A DNA stretch of 32,000 bases from Dickeya solani IPO 2222 (GTDB lineage: Bacteria > Pseudomonadota > Gammaproteobacteria > Enterobacterales > Enterobacteriaceae). A program made the translations under genes and the position numbers. Below, piece after piece: positions 1 to 9,251 of this stretch. The stretch lies in the NCBI RefSeq assembly GCF_001644705.1, contig NZ_CP015137.1, forward strand, positions 4,050,001 through 4,082,000, given 5' to 3'. Every line of letters starts with the position of its first letter. Positions within the stretch are counted from its first letter, which is position 1. The notes under the pieces were generated by a model. The model made no database searches. It was given only the letters and a program-made list of their open reading frames with translations, and had not been told where the DNA came from.

Positions 1-242
1 GTGGCGGACAGAATCGGCGACGTGTCATCAATATTATCGTCATGCCATGAGGCCAGCGCGTTGGCAAAGGCATGGCACTGACGCAACGTAACTAGCGACT
101 CATGTCTCTGCCATCGACCGTTTATTTTGGTGTGGATCTCGCCGGGGCGGTTGATGGCGATTTCCGTCAGGCCTGCCAGTGGCAGAAATTCACCAAATAG
201 CTGATGTTTCATAAAATCAAGCGACAGGTTTTCAGCGCTCAT
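1..242 (-). CDS. virB11: VirB11-type T4SS ATPase, N-terminal part only (continues beyond the window edge)
   Basis: I translated the minus strand from the ATG at 240..242 and it stays open to position 1: MSAENLSLDFMKHQLFGEFLPLAGLTEIAINRPGEIHTKINGRWQRHESLVTLRQCHAFANALASWHDDNIDDTSPILSA. This is typical of a VirB11 N-terminal domain. The start overlaps the virB10 stop. The ORF is missing from the supplied track because it is truncated by the edge. Confidence 0.8.
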   Translation of the reverse strand, partial: MSAENLSLDFMKHQLFGEFLPLAGLTEIAINRPGEIHTKINGRWQRHESLVTLRQCHAFANALASWHDDNIDDTSPILSA

Positions 243-1440
243 ACCACCTCGGTTTCAGACGCAGTTGATAAACGGAAGAGAAATCGATATCCGTGCCGGT
301 CATGATGCCGATCACCTCCCCCTGATTGAGGTACATCGTGGGCGGGATATTGATGCTGTTTTCCAGGGCCGTTTTTGCCATCTCCGAGGCGGCAGCACGC
401 GTATTCTCGGTGTAGTCGGTATTACGGTCTTTCCCCGGCGCTGTATTCGCCGCCGCTGCGGCGACGTCCTGTACCGTACTCAGCATTAACGCGTTGCCGA
501 ACCGCTCCCAGAAATGGGTATCGATCCTGCCGCTAATCCCGGCTTCTCCCAACGGGCCGGTGGCCTAGGTATCGGTCAGCGGAATGTGCAGGCTACCGGG
601 CTCTGGTGTGCGTAACTCCGTCCAGATGACAAACATCCGGCTCCGGCCCTGTTGCAGTGCGCCGGTGCGGTAGATGCCACGGGCGATGGTGCCTGCCGGG
701 AGCAGCTTCACGTGATGACTGGCACTGTAGACATCCTCACTGATAAGGCAGGAAATCCGCCCGCCGACATCGGAAACAAAGCGCTGCATCATCGAGCAGG
801 GAATGTAGCTATCAACCGGCAGGTAGAGGTCGGGATCGAGACCGAGCCGTCGGACGTGGGTGACTGTTACCACGCCGGGAGCGGTGTTTTTTATCTCCAG
901 GTCAGGCGCGGTAGTGGGCTTTTGCTTGTCAGTACCGGAGGCGGTGACGTGGGAAGCCGATGCGGTATCTGACGCCTGACTTAACCCGTCGGCCAGGGCG
1001 GCGGCCTTGTTTAACGCGGGCGGTGCTGGCGGTGGCGGGGCAGCCTGCGTCTGGCGATGATCCGTTGTGGTTTCCGGTCTGTTTTGCTCGAACAGACCGA
1101 ACGGATGACGGTCCATACCGAGGTTTTTACGCGCAGGCGGTATTGCGCCGGTCGGCGGTAGCGGCTGGGTCTCCGTCGCCTGGTCATCGCTGTGTTTGAC
1201 TGCGCCAAAAAAGCGATCCCCACTCCATGCCAGCAACATCAGCACCGCCAGACTGAGCAGGCTGACCCGCCGCGTTCGGCGACTGGCGGGTTTTTTAAAG
1301 CGGGTGACGTCCGGCTGACCGGGCGGTGAGTTGTGCGCTTGTGTCTGGCTTTCTCTCGCGGCTCTGGCGCGTTCACGGGCTTCGGCTTCCCGTTCAGCCA
1401 CGGTTTTTTCCGCTGTATCCGGGATGGGATGGTCTGTCAT
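232..1440 (-). pseudogene. virB10: VirB10 (TrbI family) T4SS channel protein, interrupted by an in-frame TAG at 565..567
   Basis: ORFs 565..1440 and 232..552 are in the same frame (coordinates 1440, 567 and 552 all have residue 0 mod 3). The minus-strand read-through gives ...SLHIPLTDT*ATGPLGEAGISGRIDTHFWERFGNALMLS. The upstream part has the Pro-rich and TM regions, and the downstream part has the conserved VirB10 C-terminal domain (HFWERFG). Confidence 0.8.
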
Positions 1441-2327
1441 TTGGTCTCCAGCGTGACGGCGGGCGAAACGGTGTCACCAGCGCTGACGGCGACGTTGCCG
1501 AATGCGGTATTCTCAATGCCGACCACGGCGCGGCCATAACGCAACGCCAGATGCGGCGACATGGCCCGCACGACCATCACGGTGTAGTTCCCGTGTTTGG
1601 TGATTAGGGGCGTGACGGTCTGCTCCTGCTGGTTAACGACCCGAAACAGTGACGGCAGGATTTTAGTGGGCGAAAAACCGAGGGTGATAAAGCGGCCATC
1701 ATCGTAGGCAAAATCCGGTGCAATCGCCGCCGAGTCCGCTGCGACTCGCTTGGTATAGCGCCAGTTTCGCGGTGTGGTGGCCTGTTCGAAGGCGGCCGCA
1801 ATCTGTTGCTTTTCCTGTGCCTCACGCAGGCGTTGCAGGTGGGTGGCATCGGCCGCCGCTGATTGCCTGCGTGCCTCATCGGGATAGTGAAAACGGATAA
1901 TGAAGGCCTGCGAGGGCGAGTCGTTATCCAGCACGTTAAGCTCCAGGCTGTACTCGCGTTTGGATGTCACCACAAACAGGTTGGTTTTCCACTCTTTGGC
2001 GGTCGGCAGAAACACCTTGTTGACGTTATTGCCGTTGTCCTCCGTTACCGGCTGGGTGACAGGGTTGGGGCTGACGTCCACCCGGTTATCGCTTTTGGTC
2101 ACTCGCCAGCCTTTGGGAAAACCGGTCTGGGCGTCGAGCACCGCTTCATCGTCATCGAACAGGAGCGTGGTGAGGTAGCCGGGGCGGGTGTTGACGACGG
2201 TGGCATTCTGGCTGTCATGGGTGACATGCTGGATGCGGCTGTCATAGGCGCTGCCGCGTGGTATCGCGGCCCCCCAGACGGCGCACGACGCCAGCATCAG
2301 CCCTGTCAGTACGGTGTTTTTCAGCAT
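1437..2327 (-). CDS. virB9: VirB9 T4SS outer-membrane core component
   Basis: The 296-aa product has a signal peptide and VirB9/CagX-type sequence (YLTTLLFDDDE, GWRVTKSDNRV). It shows 4-nt start/stop overlaps with virB8 and virB10 and sits in the conserved gene order. Confidence 0.9.
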   Translation of the reverse strand: MLKNTVLTGLMLASCAVWGAAIPRGSAYDSRIQHVTHDSQNATVVNTRPGYLTTLLFDDDEAVLDAQTGFPKGWRVTKSDNRVDVSPNPVTQPVTEDNGNNVNKVFLPTAKEWKTNLFVVTSKREYSLELNVLDNDSPSQAFIIRFHYPDEARRQSAAADATHLQRLREAQEKQQIAAAFEQATTPRNWRYTKRVAADSAAIAPDFAYDDGRFITLGFSPTKILPSLFRVVNQQEQTVTPLITKHGNYTVMVVRAMSPHLALRYGRAVVGIENTAFGNVAVSAGDTVSPAVTLETK

Positions 2328-3010
2328 TATTCCCCCCCCAGTTCTTTATCGCGCTGGTAGCTGGTGACGATGAACCCCAATGGGTTCACTTCTCGCTGGC
2401 TGTCCGTCAATTGTTTGCGGGGGAGGTAGCGGTAGGTCAGGCGGATGTTCCAGATATCCGTTTTGACCGTGTTATCCGCAATGCGGCGGATTATGCGTTT
2501 AACTCGCAAGGTTGCCAGGTGATCAGGGGCGGTGGCGGGGGCGTGAATGTTGGAAATAATCTCGACAGACACGACGTATTCCGCTTTATTGAAAATGACG
2601 TCAGGGGCCTGATTGCCGTTAAACTCGTCGAGATAATCCCGGTTCACGCTGTCGCTGTTGAAGAGCTGCACGTCGTCATAATCGCGCTGAAGCGCAAAAT
2701 AGTTATAGCCTTCGCGCAGCCGGACGTACTGGGCGGATAGCGCATGGGCCAGCGCGGCTTCGGTAGAGATATCCTTCTCCTTGAGACGGGTCATATATTC
2801 ATAGCGCCCGGTCTGTTTATCCACCGACCATAATTCGATGTCGGTGGTTTTCAGCGGCAGCAGAATAATCAGCGCGGTTATCGTTAGCGCCGCCAGCGCA
2901 AACCCGGTTGCAGCCATTCGCCACGCGCGCTTTTTTTCCCGTTCATCCTTTTCCAGCAGAACCGCTTCAAAGGTGCGGGATGACGCAATGAGGTTTTCGG
3001 TTTCAGACAT
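2327..3010 (-). CDS. virB8: VirB8 T4SS inner-membrane component
   Basis: The 227-aa bitopic protein has an N-terminal TM helix (AATGFALAALTITALIILLPL) followed by a periplasmic domain. It lies between virB7 and virB9. Confidence 0.85.
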   Translation of the reverse strand: MSETENLIASSRTFEAVLLEKDEREKKRAWRMAATGFALAALTITALIILLPLKTTDIELWSVDKQTGRYEYMTRLKEKDISTEAALAHALSAQYVRLREGYNYFALQRDYDDVQLFNSDSVNRDYLDEFNGNQAPDVIFNKAEYVVSVEIISNIHAPATAPDHLATLRVKRIIRRIADNTVKTDIWNIRLTYRYLPRKQLTDSQREVNPLGFIVTSYQRDKELGGE

Positions 3011-3143
3011 GTGTTGTCAGCTCCTGAATAATCGCGGGGGAATTGACCGGTTGAGGATCGCCGGATACCGGTGGGAGGTCGTGTTGATGCCCTGCGCAGC
3101 CCGTGAGGATGCACAGCATCAGAAAGACAATGCTGGATTTCAT
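3003..3143 (-). CDS. virB7: VirB7-like small lipoprotein (46 aa, below the ORF-track cutoff)
   Basis: Manual translation gives MKSSIVFLMLCILTGCAGHQHDLPPVSGDPQPVNSPAIIQELTTHV, with the lipobox LTGC. The stop overlaps the virB8 ATG by 8 nt. The position between virB6 and virB8 is the canonical one. Confidence 0.6.
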   Translation of the reverse strand: MKSSIVFLMLCILTGCAGHQHDLPPVSGDPQPVNSPAIIQELTTHV

Positions 3144-3230
3144 GGAAAGCCCTTGTTAACGGATACAGATATACCGTACCGACGGCGGTTGCCTCGACAC
3201 TCTGTGACGAGTTGGGGAGTGAGAAAGAAA

Positions 3231-4259
3231 TTAGCGATGACGCTGTTGGTTAAGGCGCTTCATACTCTCAATGGCGGCGGCACGCTTTTGCCAGGCGGAG
3301 ATGGCGTTGCCGGTGCCCGTGGCGATGAGTGTCCCGGCGGCATGGCTGCCTTTGGCGGCCAGCCGGGCCGCCGCCGCGCCGGTTTTCATCGCCGGTTTTG
3401 TTGCTTCAGATGACGTGCTCGCCAGACCGCGTAAGCCGCTCATGGTGGCCCCCTGCAAGGTGGCCTGAACGGCGATACCGCCTAATGCACCGGCGATTTT
3501 CGCTGAAAACCAAATAATGACGCCAGAAATAACGCCCGCAACACAACACTGAACACCAAGCGTAATGATATTGGCGCTGTCGGCAAAATTAACCGCCTTA
3601 TCTAAGATACCATCGAGGTAATTAATGACGATCCTGATTGATAACGCTGAAAACATCATCGTCAGGATGATCGTAAAAATAATTTTCAGCCAGTTGTTAA
3701 ACATCGGAATCAGGAACCCATACAACAGGCAGAAAATAAATAATGGCGCGGTCGTCGTCATTAATACAATGATGATTTCGGCTAACAGGTTAACCGTAGC
3801 GCCAAAGAGCAGTGTGACTATAACACCGGCCCAGACCAGAATTTCGGCAATACCGCCGTTGAGTTTTACATAGGCAGAATCATCCTGTTGATAAAGCTTT
3901 TGTCCAATTGTCTGTGCTTTCTCCCAGACGGTATCGAGCAATAACCAGACATTATCATCACCACTAACGCCGTCTTTTAAGCCGTTAATGGCCGCAATGG
4001 CTACATTCAGCCAGCCATCGAGATTTAAAACGAAAGTCATGATTAATAACATTCGCCCTATATCCCACATGACATCTTCGACGGGCGTTTGGCGTTTTCC
4101 GGCCAGGGTTTGATAACCCCGATAAGTGACAAATACAGTGAAGGAACTGACGGCGATGACGCTGACCATATCGCCATAGACGGAGGTTTGCCCCCGCAGT
4201 ATGGCTTGTAGGCCGTCAGTGATCGTGTTGTTCATTCCAACAAACATACCACCTGACAT
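3231..4259 (-). CDS. virB6: VirB6/TrbL-type polytopic T4SS inner-membrane protein
   Basis: The product is a multi-TM protein. The preferred start is the ATG at 4257..4259 (MSGGMFVGMNNTITDGL), preceded by AAAGGGG. The track ORF extends to 4340 and would overlap the upstream lipoprotein gene. Confidence 0.85.
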   Translation of the reverse strand: MSGGMFVGMNNTITDGLQAILRGQTSVYGDMVSVIAVSSFTVFVTYRGYQTLAGKRQTPVEDVMWDIGRMLLIMTFVLNLDGWLNVAIAAINGLKDGVSGDDNVWLLLDTVWEKAQTIGQKLYQQDDSAYVKLNGGIAEILVWAGVIVTLLFGATVNLLAEIIIVLMTTTAPLFIFCLLYGFLIPMFNNWLKIIFTIILTMMFSALSIRIVINYLDGILDKAVNFADSANIITLGVQCCVAGVISGVIIWFSAKIAGALGGIAVQATLQGATMSGLRGLASTSSEATKPAMKTGAAAARLAAKGSHAAGTLIATGTGNAISAWQKRAAAIESMKRLNQQRHR

Positions 4260-4270
4260 AGATTGCCCCT

Positions 4271-4495
4271 TTAGTTCAAATTGGGAACCTTGGCCTTTTC
4301 CTGACGGAGTTCGAATCGCGCTGCTCGCGCATTTTTGCAATCCTGCGAGTCTTCCCCAGATGATTCACACGCCTGATATCGCTGGTTCATTTCATCCGGG
4401 TGCGCTTTGTACCATTGTGTTGATTTGGGGTTGTCACATCCTGTTAGACAGCATGTGCCCAAAATAACCGAAAAAATGCACAGTGACGTCTTCAT
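4271..4495 (-). CDS. EexN-like entry-exclusion lipoprotein
   Basis: The product reads MKTSLCIFSVILGTCCLTGCDNPKSTQWYKAHPDEMNQRYQACESSGEDSQDCKNA, with lipobox LTGC. The WYK-HP-E motif and the position between virB5 and virB6 match pKM101-type Eex lipoproteins. A GAGG lies 7 nt upstream of the ATG at 4495. Confidence 0.65.
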   Translation of the reverse strand: MKTSLCIFSVILGTCCLTGCDNPKSTQWYKAHPDEMNQRYQACESSGEDSQDCKNARAARFELRQEKAKVPNLN

Positions 4496-4506
4496 GCTTA
4501 CCCTCA

Positions 4507-5223
4507 TCAATGATTGAAATCAGGAACCGGCGCGGCAAGTTGCTGTTCATTGAATGCATTTTGCCGTTGCTGCTCCAGCAGTGTTGCCCGCTGTTCCGCC
4601 TGCCTGACAGACATCTCCCACTGGCTGGTCAGGGCGTTCAGTTGCACGCTTTTGGCCGCGACGGCATTCGCCAGGTCCTGTGACTCTTTCGAGTCTCTGG
4701 CATTGGCGATGCGATCAGACAGGTCTGCGATGTCGTTTAACGTGCCCGTCATCCTGTCCTGAACCTCGCGGGTATTCTCAATCGCCAGTGCCTGATTGAG
4801 TAACAGTTGTTTGCAACTGTCCCGATAACGCAGGGATGCGCGGGACGGGTTACAGATATCAAACGATTGGTATTTTTTATATAACCCCTGAAGCGCGGAA
4901 GAATAGGAACCGTCTGGATTGGTCAGCAGGTCATCCAGTGAAATACCGTTCTTGCGAAGCGCGTCGATATCGTCTTTCAGGCTTTTCGCCTCGCGGAGAA
5001 ACCCCTGAATATCCCGTATCCCGGTTGCAGTCGCCAATTGCTGTTTATAGGCATCCAGCTCGTCTTTATAATGGGTAACGGTTTCCTGCCATTGCTTGAG
5101 TTTCTGCATCCATTGATTAATCGACTCGGTATTGTTGACTGCATCAAACACCGGGATACCGGCGCTTATCGCCGGTGCGGACAGCCATAGCGAGAGCGCC
5201 AGAAAGAGATAGCGGGTCTGCAT
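4507..5223 (-). CDS. virB5: VirB5-type minor pilus subunit
   Basis: The preferred start is the ATG at 5221..5223 (MQTRYLFLALSLWLSAPAISAGIPVFD), which gives a signal peptide and follows GGAGG. The protein is helical and coiled-coil rich. The track ORF start at 5319 would overlap virB4. Confidence 0.75.
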   Translation of the reverse strand: MQTRYLFLALSLWLSAPAISAGIPVFDAVNNTESINQWMQKLKQWQETVTHYKDELDAYKQQLATATGIRDIQGFLREAKSLKDDIDALRKNGISLDDLLTNPDGSYSSALQGLYKKYQSFDICNPSRASLRYRDSCKQLLLNQALAIENTREVQDRMTGTLNDIADLSDRIANARDSKESQDLANAVAAKSVQLNALTSQWEMSVRQAEQRATLLEQQRQNAFNEQQLAAPVPDFNH

Positions 5224-5248
5224 GGTGATTGACCTCCGAAGTGAAATC

Positions 5249-7996
5249 TCAGATGGCCTGTTCGAGGAAGGCCGCTTTCCAGTCGAGAGGGGACATGCCC
5301 TCCTGATAAAGCGCATCAAACCGTTTCAGGTTGTCTTCGCTCCCGCTCAGTAATTGGGTGAGGTTGCCGAGGACCGATAAGTCCATTCTTGCCAGGGCGA
5401 CAAAGGGCCGGGTTTCACCGGCGCGCAGCGGTGTTTTCACGATGACCATATAATGCTCTCCCGGGTCCAGATGACGGACGGTGTCATACACGCTGTCGGG
5501 GACGTTCATTTTCTCTACGTAATCCGCCCGGCTGGCTTTGGGATTGGCGAGAAAGAGTTGCGTGCTGCACTGCTCAATAATCGCGGGCGCGATGGGGTGC
5601 CTGACAATTTCATCGGGGGACTGGGTGGCGGGGATAAAAATGCCGTTCAGTTTGCGGATCACCTTGAGCATATTGAGGGAGAATTTGGAAAACTCGACAT
5701 CCGCCAGCCATTTCCAGAATTCATCCATGAACATCACCAACCGGCGACCGTCCAGCAGGCTGGTGACGCGGAACAGCAGGTAAAAGGTGATCGGGCCGCG
5801 TATGTCGTCGTCATCCAGAAATTCTGTTCCATCGATGCCGATGTTATCGCTCTCGCCGATGTTAAAGCTGTCCTCCGCGTTATCGAAAATCCAGCCGAAT
5901 TCGCCGCCCTGCGCCCACTGTTTCAGACGGATGCGCAGCCCGTTGGTTCTGGCCTCGCGGGTCGGCGGCTCGGGCAACACCTCCAGCAGCCGCGTAATAC
6001 CGTAACGGCGCAATTCCGGCGGGTAGTCCTGCATCAGGGTATCCACGGCGGCGCTGATGCGCGCCTCATCGCGCGGGTCGAGCGGTTTGCCGTTGCGACG
6101 GCACAACATGCGGACCAATTGCTTGATAAAGCTGATGTTGCGTCGGGTTGGCGCAAGTGAAAACGGGTTGAACCCGGCAGGCGTACCGGTGCGGATGCGA
6201 AAGTAACGCCCGCCCATCTGGCGGATCGACATCTCGGCGGCGCGGTCTTTATCAAAGTAAACGGTGGTCAGCCGTTTACCGGGGGCCGCAGCGGAAAATG
6301 TCGCAGGATTGCGGTACTTCTGCATCAGGTGTTGCATCATCGTCATCAGCAGGGTCTTCCCTGAGCCGGTTTTGCCGATGATGGCGGTATTCCCCGGCGT
6401 TTTCTCGTTGAAGTCATCCCGCCCGACCTGGCTGTCGTGCAGGTTCAGGTAATAACCCCCGCCGCCGGGCGATGTCAGAATGGCGATGGCGTCGCCCCAC
6501 GGGTTACCGCTGCGCTTGTGAGGGTGAAAGTTATGCAGGCTGCCCAGATCCGCGTAGTTCTGGCTGCTGACGACCACCAGCCGGGGGCGAAAGGTATACA
6601 TGCCGGGCAGTTGAGCCAGATACGCGGCAGGTAACGACAGCGTGGACAGCGAGGTCATGATACCGAGGTCGGTAAACGGCTGGGCCAGCGCGTGGGTCTC
6701 CCTGACCACCTGATCGGCACTGGCCGAGGACACCAGCAGGGAAAAATGGTATTTGCCGCAGGACACATGCCCGGACTGGAGCAAATCGCGCAAGACAATC
6801 AGCTCTTCACGCTGTGACATAGCGTCATCGTCGGTTGCATTCAGCCGTTTTTCCGCCAGCCGGATATGGTGTTGTGCTTCATCCCGCGCCATGCAGGTGA
6901 ACGACTGCGTCAGTACGTACTCGCTTTCGGCATACAACAGCGCATCCAGCAGGCCGGTCGCGGTCTCCGGCGAATAGTCCTTGATTTCCAGACTGCGAAA
7001 GAAGCGGGAGCCGCCGACGGTCTGGCATTCGGCAGTATCGGTGGTAAAAAACACATCCGGTGTACTGAGCGTGAGGTAAAACGGTGAACGGGTCACCGCC
7101 ACCGGCTGCCATTGGCCGGTGATCAGGCGATGGTAGAACGCCAGTTGCGAGGAGTAGACCCGTCCTTTCTCCTCATACGTTCCCAAAGGGGTCGCCATAT
7201 AGCGTGACAGTGCGCTGCCGAGTGCGGCGTGGTGCTCCAGCATGACCTTCAGCGCGTCATCCAGCGCGGCTTGCCTTTTTCCGGCGGGCTGTGTCTTCAT
7301 GGCCTTTTTCTCCAGCGCGGAGAAGGGCGCATAACAGACGGTGAAAAACAGCCGATGCCGCCAGAGCGGCTTCGCGTTGAGTGCCCGGTAATAGCGCGCC
7401 GCGACCTCGTCTGAAAACGGAATACCCGAGGCCGCGTCGAACGCATCCTGATAGGTCTCCCGGATACGGTGAATATAGAACGTGACCGGCAGCCCTTCAT
7501 ACGAGCGGATCAGGTTGTTGAGATGGCTTGCCATCAGCGTCAGGTGATGTTCATCCTCACATTCAAACAGGGTGCCGCCCAGCTCCCAGGAGGCGACGAA
7601 ATCACCGCGGCGGTTTCTGATGACGTGCGGGTGAAGGTGGGAAGAGTAAGGGATGTATTTATCCAGCGTGATGCGCGCGTTTAATTTCATCTTGTCGGTA
7701 AACTCCGAAATATCGACGGCGTCATACTGGTTTGCCAGTATCGCCGTCGCGCCGAAATAGCGATTGGTGGCAAACCGGCCACGGGTTTTAAACGCCAGCC
7801 ACAACAGCCCGAAATAATGGATATCGGCTCGGGCCTTCGCCCGCATTTCCAGCCAGGCCGGGATCAGCAGCAGTGCAAGGTAATAGCGGGTGTAAACCGA
7901 CAGCAGGACGATGGCCCCGCTGACGAGAACGAACGGGACGAGGGGAATGCCCATAATGGCGGCGGGCCGGGTGAGCGCTTTATTCAGGGTGGTCAT
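5249..7996 (-). CDS. virB4: VirB3-VirB4 fusion T4SS ATPase
   Basis: The product is 915 aa. The first ~100 aa look like VirB3 (LTRPAAIMGIPLVPFVLVSGAIVLL, two TM helices). The rest is VirB4, with Walker A GKTGSGKT and Walker B region RRLVMFMDEFW. Confidence 0.9.
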   Translation of the reverse strand: MTTLNKALTRPAAIMGIPLVPFVLVSGAIVLLSVYTRYYLALLLIPAWLEMRAKARADIHYFGLLWLAFKTRGRFATNRYFGATAILANQYDAVDISEFTDKMKLNARITLDKYIPYSSHLHPHVIRNRRGDFVASWELGGTLFECEDEHHLTLMASHLNNLIRSYEGLPVTFYIHRIRETYQDAFDAASGIPFSDEVAARYYRALNAKPLWRHRLFFTVCYAPFSALEKKAMKTQPAGKRQAALDDALKVMLEHHAALGSALSRYMATPLGTYEEKGRVYSSQLAFYHRLITGQWQPVAVTRSPFYLTLSTPDVFFTTDTAECQTVGGSRFFRSLEIKDYSPETATGLLDALLYAESEYVLTQSFTCMARDEAQHHIRLAEKRLNATDDDAMSQREELIVLRDLLQSGHVSCGKYHFSLLVSSASADQVVRETHALAQPFTDLGIMTSLSTLSLPAAYLAQLPGMYTFRPRLVVVSSQNYADLGSLHNFHPHKRSGNPWGDAIAILTSPGGGGYYLNLHDSQVGRDDFNEKTPGNTAIIGKTGSGKTLLMTMMQHLMQKYRNPATFSAAAPGKRLTTVYFDKDRAAEMSIRQMGGRYFRIRTGTPAGFNPFSLAPTRRNISFIKQLVRMLCRRNGKPLDPRDEARISAAVDTLMQDYPPELRRYGITRLLEVLPEPPTREARTNGLRIRLKQWAQGGEFGWIFDNAEDSFNIGESDNIGIDGTEFLDDDDIRGPITFYLLFRVTSLLDGRRLVMFMDEFWKWLADVEFSKFSLNMLKVIRKLNGIFIPATQSPDEIVRHPIAPAIIEQCSTQLFLANPKASRADYVEKMNVPDSVYDTVRHLDPGEHYMVIVKTPLRAGETRPFVALARMDLSVLGNLTQLLSGSEDNLKRFDALYQEGMSPLDWKAAFLEQAI

Positions 7997-8005
7997 CGTT
8001 TTCCC

Positions 8006-8287
8006 CTAGGATGCCCAGTACGCGCCAAAGCCGGATGCGCCGACGATCAGGATGGCCCCGATAATGACGTTGCGCATGTCATGCAGGCTTTTACCGTCAA
8101 ACAGCACCTTGTAACCCACCCACATGGTGGCCAGCGTGATGGTGACGGCGGCCAGCCCCAGCAGGCCGGTGGAGGTGTTACTCAGCGTGTCGTTGGCTTT
8201 GGTAAATCCGCTGCCTGCCGCCAGCGTTTGGGTGGAAATGAAGGCGGGAAAAAAGGCCGGTAAGTCGTTACGTTTTTGCATCGTCAT
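8006..8287 (-). CDS. virB2: VirB2/TrbC-type pilin
   Basis: The 93-aa product has a long leader followed by two hydrophobic helices (GLLGLAAVTITLATMWVGYKVLF, VIIGAILIVGASGFGAYW). It lies between virB1 and virB3/4. Confidence 0.7.
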   Translation of the reverse strand: MTMQKRNDLPAFFPAFISTQTLAAGSGFTKANDTLSNTSTGLLGLAAVTITLATMWVGYKVLFDGKSLHDMRNVIIGAILIVGASGFGAYWAS

Positions 8288-8300
8288 CTCTCCTCATGGT

Positions 8301-8948
8301 TCACAGGGGGGATATATCGCCGCGAAGGACGGCATTGGGGTAGCGCAGGGTGGTCGAAACCGGTGTGGGGGTGTCGGCAAGCTCACCGCGCAGCACGGTG
8401 GACGGATAATGCATCGCTGACGTGGCCTGGCTGGTGCTGCTACGCGCGCGGTCTTCCCGCGTTGACGGGACGGCATAGCCAATACGCTGGAGATAGCTGG
8501 TCTGGTTAAAGGCGGATTCGGGCTGCTGACCAGAAGTGAAATTACCGGCGTAGTAGCAACTGAGTGCGCGTTGCAGCGTGCCGCCGCGCTGATAGCAGTC
8601 GGTAAGGATGCGCTCAAAAACAGACAGATTGGTACACGGGTCTAACAACGCTAGGGCCGTCACGCCGTAATGCCGGAAGTTGGTGCTGGTGATTTGCATC
8701 AGCCCGACCGAATAGCGGCGGCCCCTGGCCTCTATCCGGTTGATGATGTTGACGGCCATTTCATCGTTGGTGGGCTGATGAGAAATGACACCGGCGCTGC
8801 CGGGGGTTCTCTCTTGCTTTGGTACAATCTCAGCGATGGCGTAAGGATTAAAGCCGGATTCCACCTTTGCCACATCAAACGCGGTGGACGGGTGAATGCT
8901 GGCGGCACACTGCATCGCCGCCGCCAGAAAAGCTGTCGGGGAAAGCAT
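8301..8948 (-). CDS. virB1: VirB1-type lytic transglycosylase
   Basis: SLT-type motifs are present (VESGFNPYAI, YSVGLMQITSTNF, YYAGNF). The preferred start is the ATG at 8946..8948 (MLSPTAFLAAAMQCAA), preceded by GAGG. The track start at 8987 lacks a Shine-Dalgarno sequence. Confidence 0.8.
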   Translation of the reverse strand: MLSPTAFLAAAMQCAASIHPSTAFDVAKVESGFNPYAIAEIVPKQERTPGSAGVISHQPTNDEMAVNIINRIEARGRRYSVGLMQITSTNFRHYGVTALALLDPCTNLSVFERILTDCYQRGGTLQRALSCYYAGNFTSGQQPESAFNQTSYLQRIGYAVPSTREDRARSSTSQATSAMHYPSTVLRGELADTPTPVSTTLRYPNAVLRGDISPL

Positions 8949-9017
8949 GATTGCCTCGGTGATGTCATTCGGGTTACAGATTGCCATCAGGCCGTTCGAT
9001 GGCGGGGGAACGATGCG

Positions 9018-9251
9018 TTACGGCTGGGCGCTCATCGTGCCGGGCTCGGGTGGTGCGTCGCTGTCGTCACGGGGTTCGAGCAGCACCAGCTTACCGGAGA
9101 CGGCGAGGCCGGGTGTCAGGACGATGTTCAATCCGGGTTTACCATGATGGGCGAAGGCCACGCCGACCTTGGTCCAGAACGTGTTTTTTTCTCCGCGTGA
9201 ATCGGGCGGGCTTTCCTGCGTGACAAACACGTGATAGGTAGGTTTTCGCAT
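9018..9251 (-). CDS. Small hypothetical protein at the head of the virB operon
   Basis: The internal ATG at 9249..9251 gives MRKPTYHVFVTQESPPDSRGEKNTFWTKVGVAFAHHGKPGLNIVLTPGLAVSGKLVLLEPRDDSD... (77 aa). Codon composition matches the operon. I could not assign a family. Confidence 0.45.
   Translation of the reverse strand: MRKPTYHVFVTQESPPDSRGEKNTFWTKVGVAFAHHGKPGLNIVLTPGLAVSGKLVLLEPRDDSDAPPEPGTMSAQP

Noticed and set aside
4507-5319. The extended virB5 start at 5319, together with the extended track starts of virB6 (4340), eex (4510), virB1 (8987), the oxidoreductase (10368) and alpA (16524).
   Set aside because: The extensions overlap upstream genes and add non-signal-peptide leaders. Internal ATGs with Shine-Dalgarno sequences give canonical N-termini, so I used the shorter coordinates.
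5453-6160. A 235-aa plus-strand ORF, plus other plus-strand ORFs across 232..9200 (for example 1863..2360, 2258..2740, 2838..3413, 7817..8263 and 8670..9200).
   Set aside because: All are antisense to the contiguous virB operon, whose products have clear family signatures. None has a recognisable motif.
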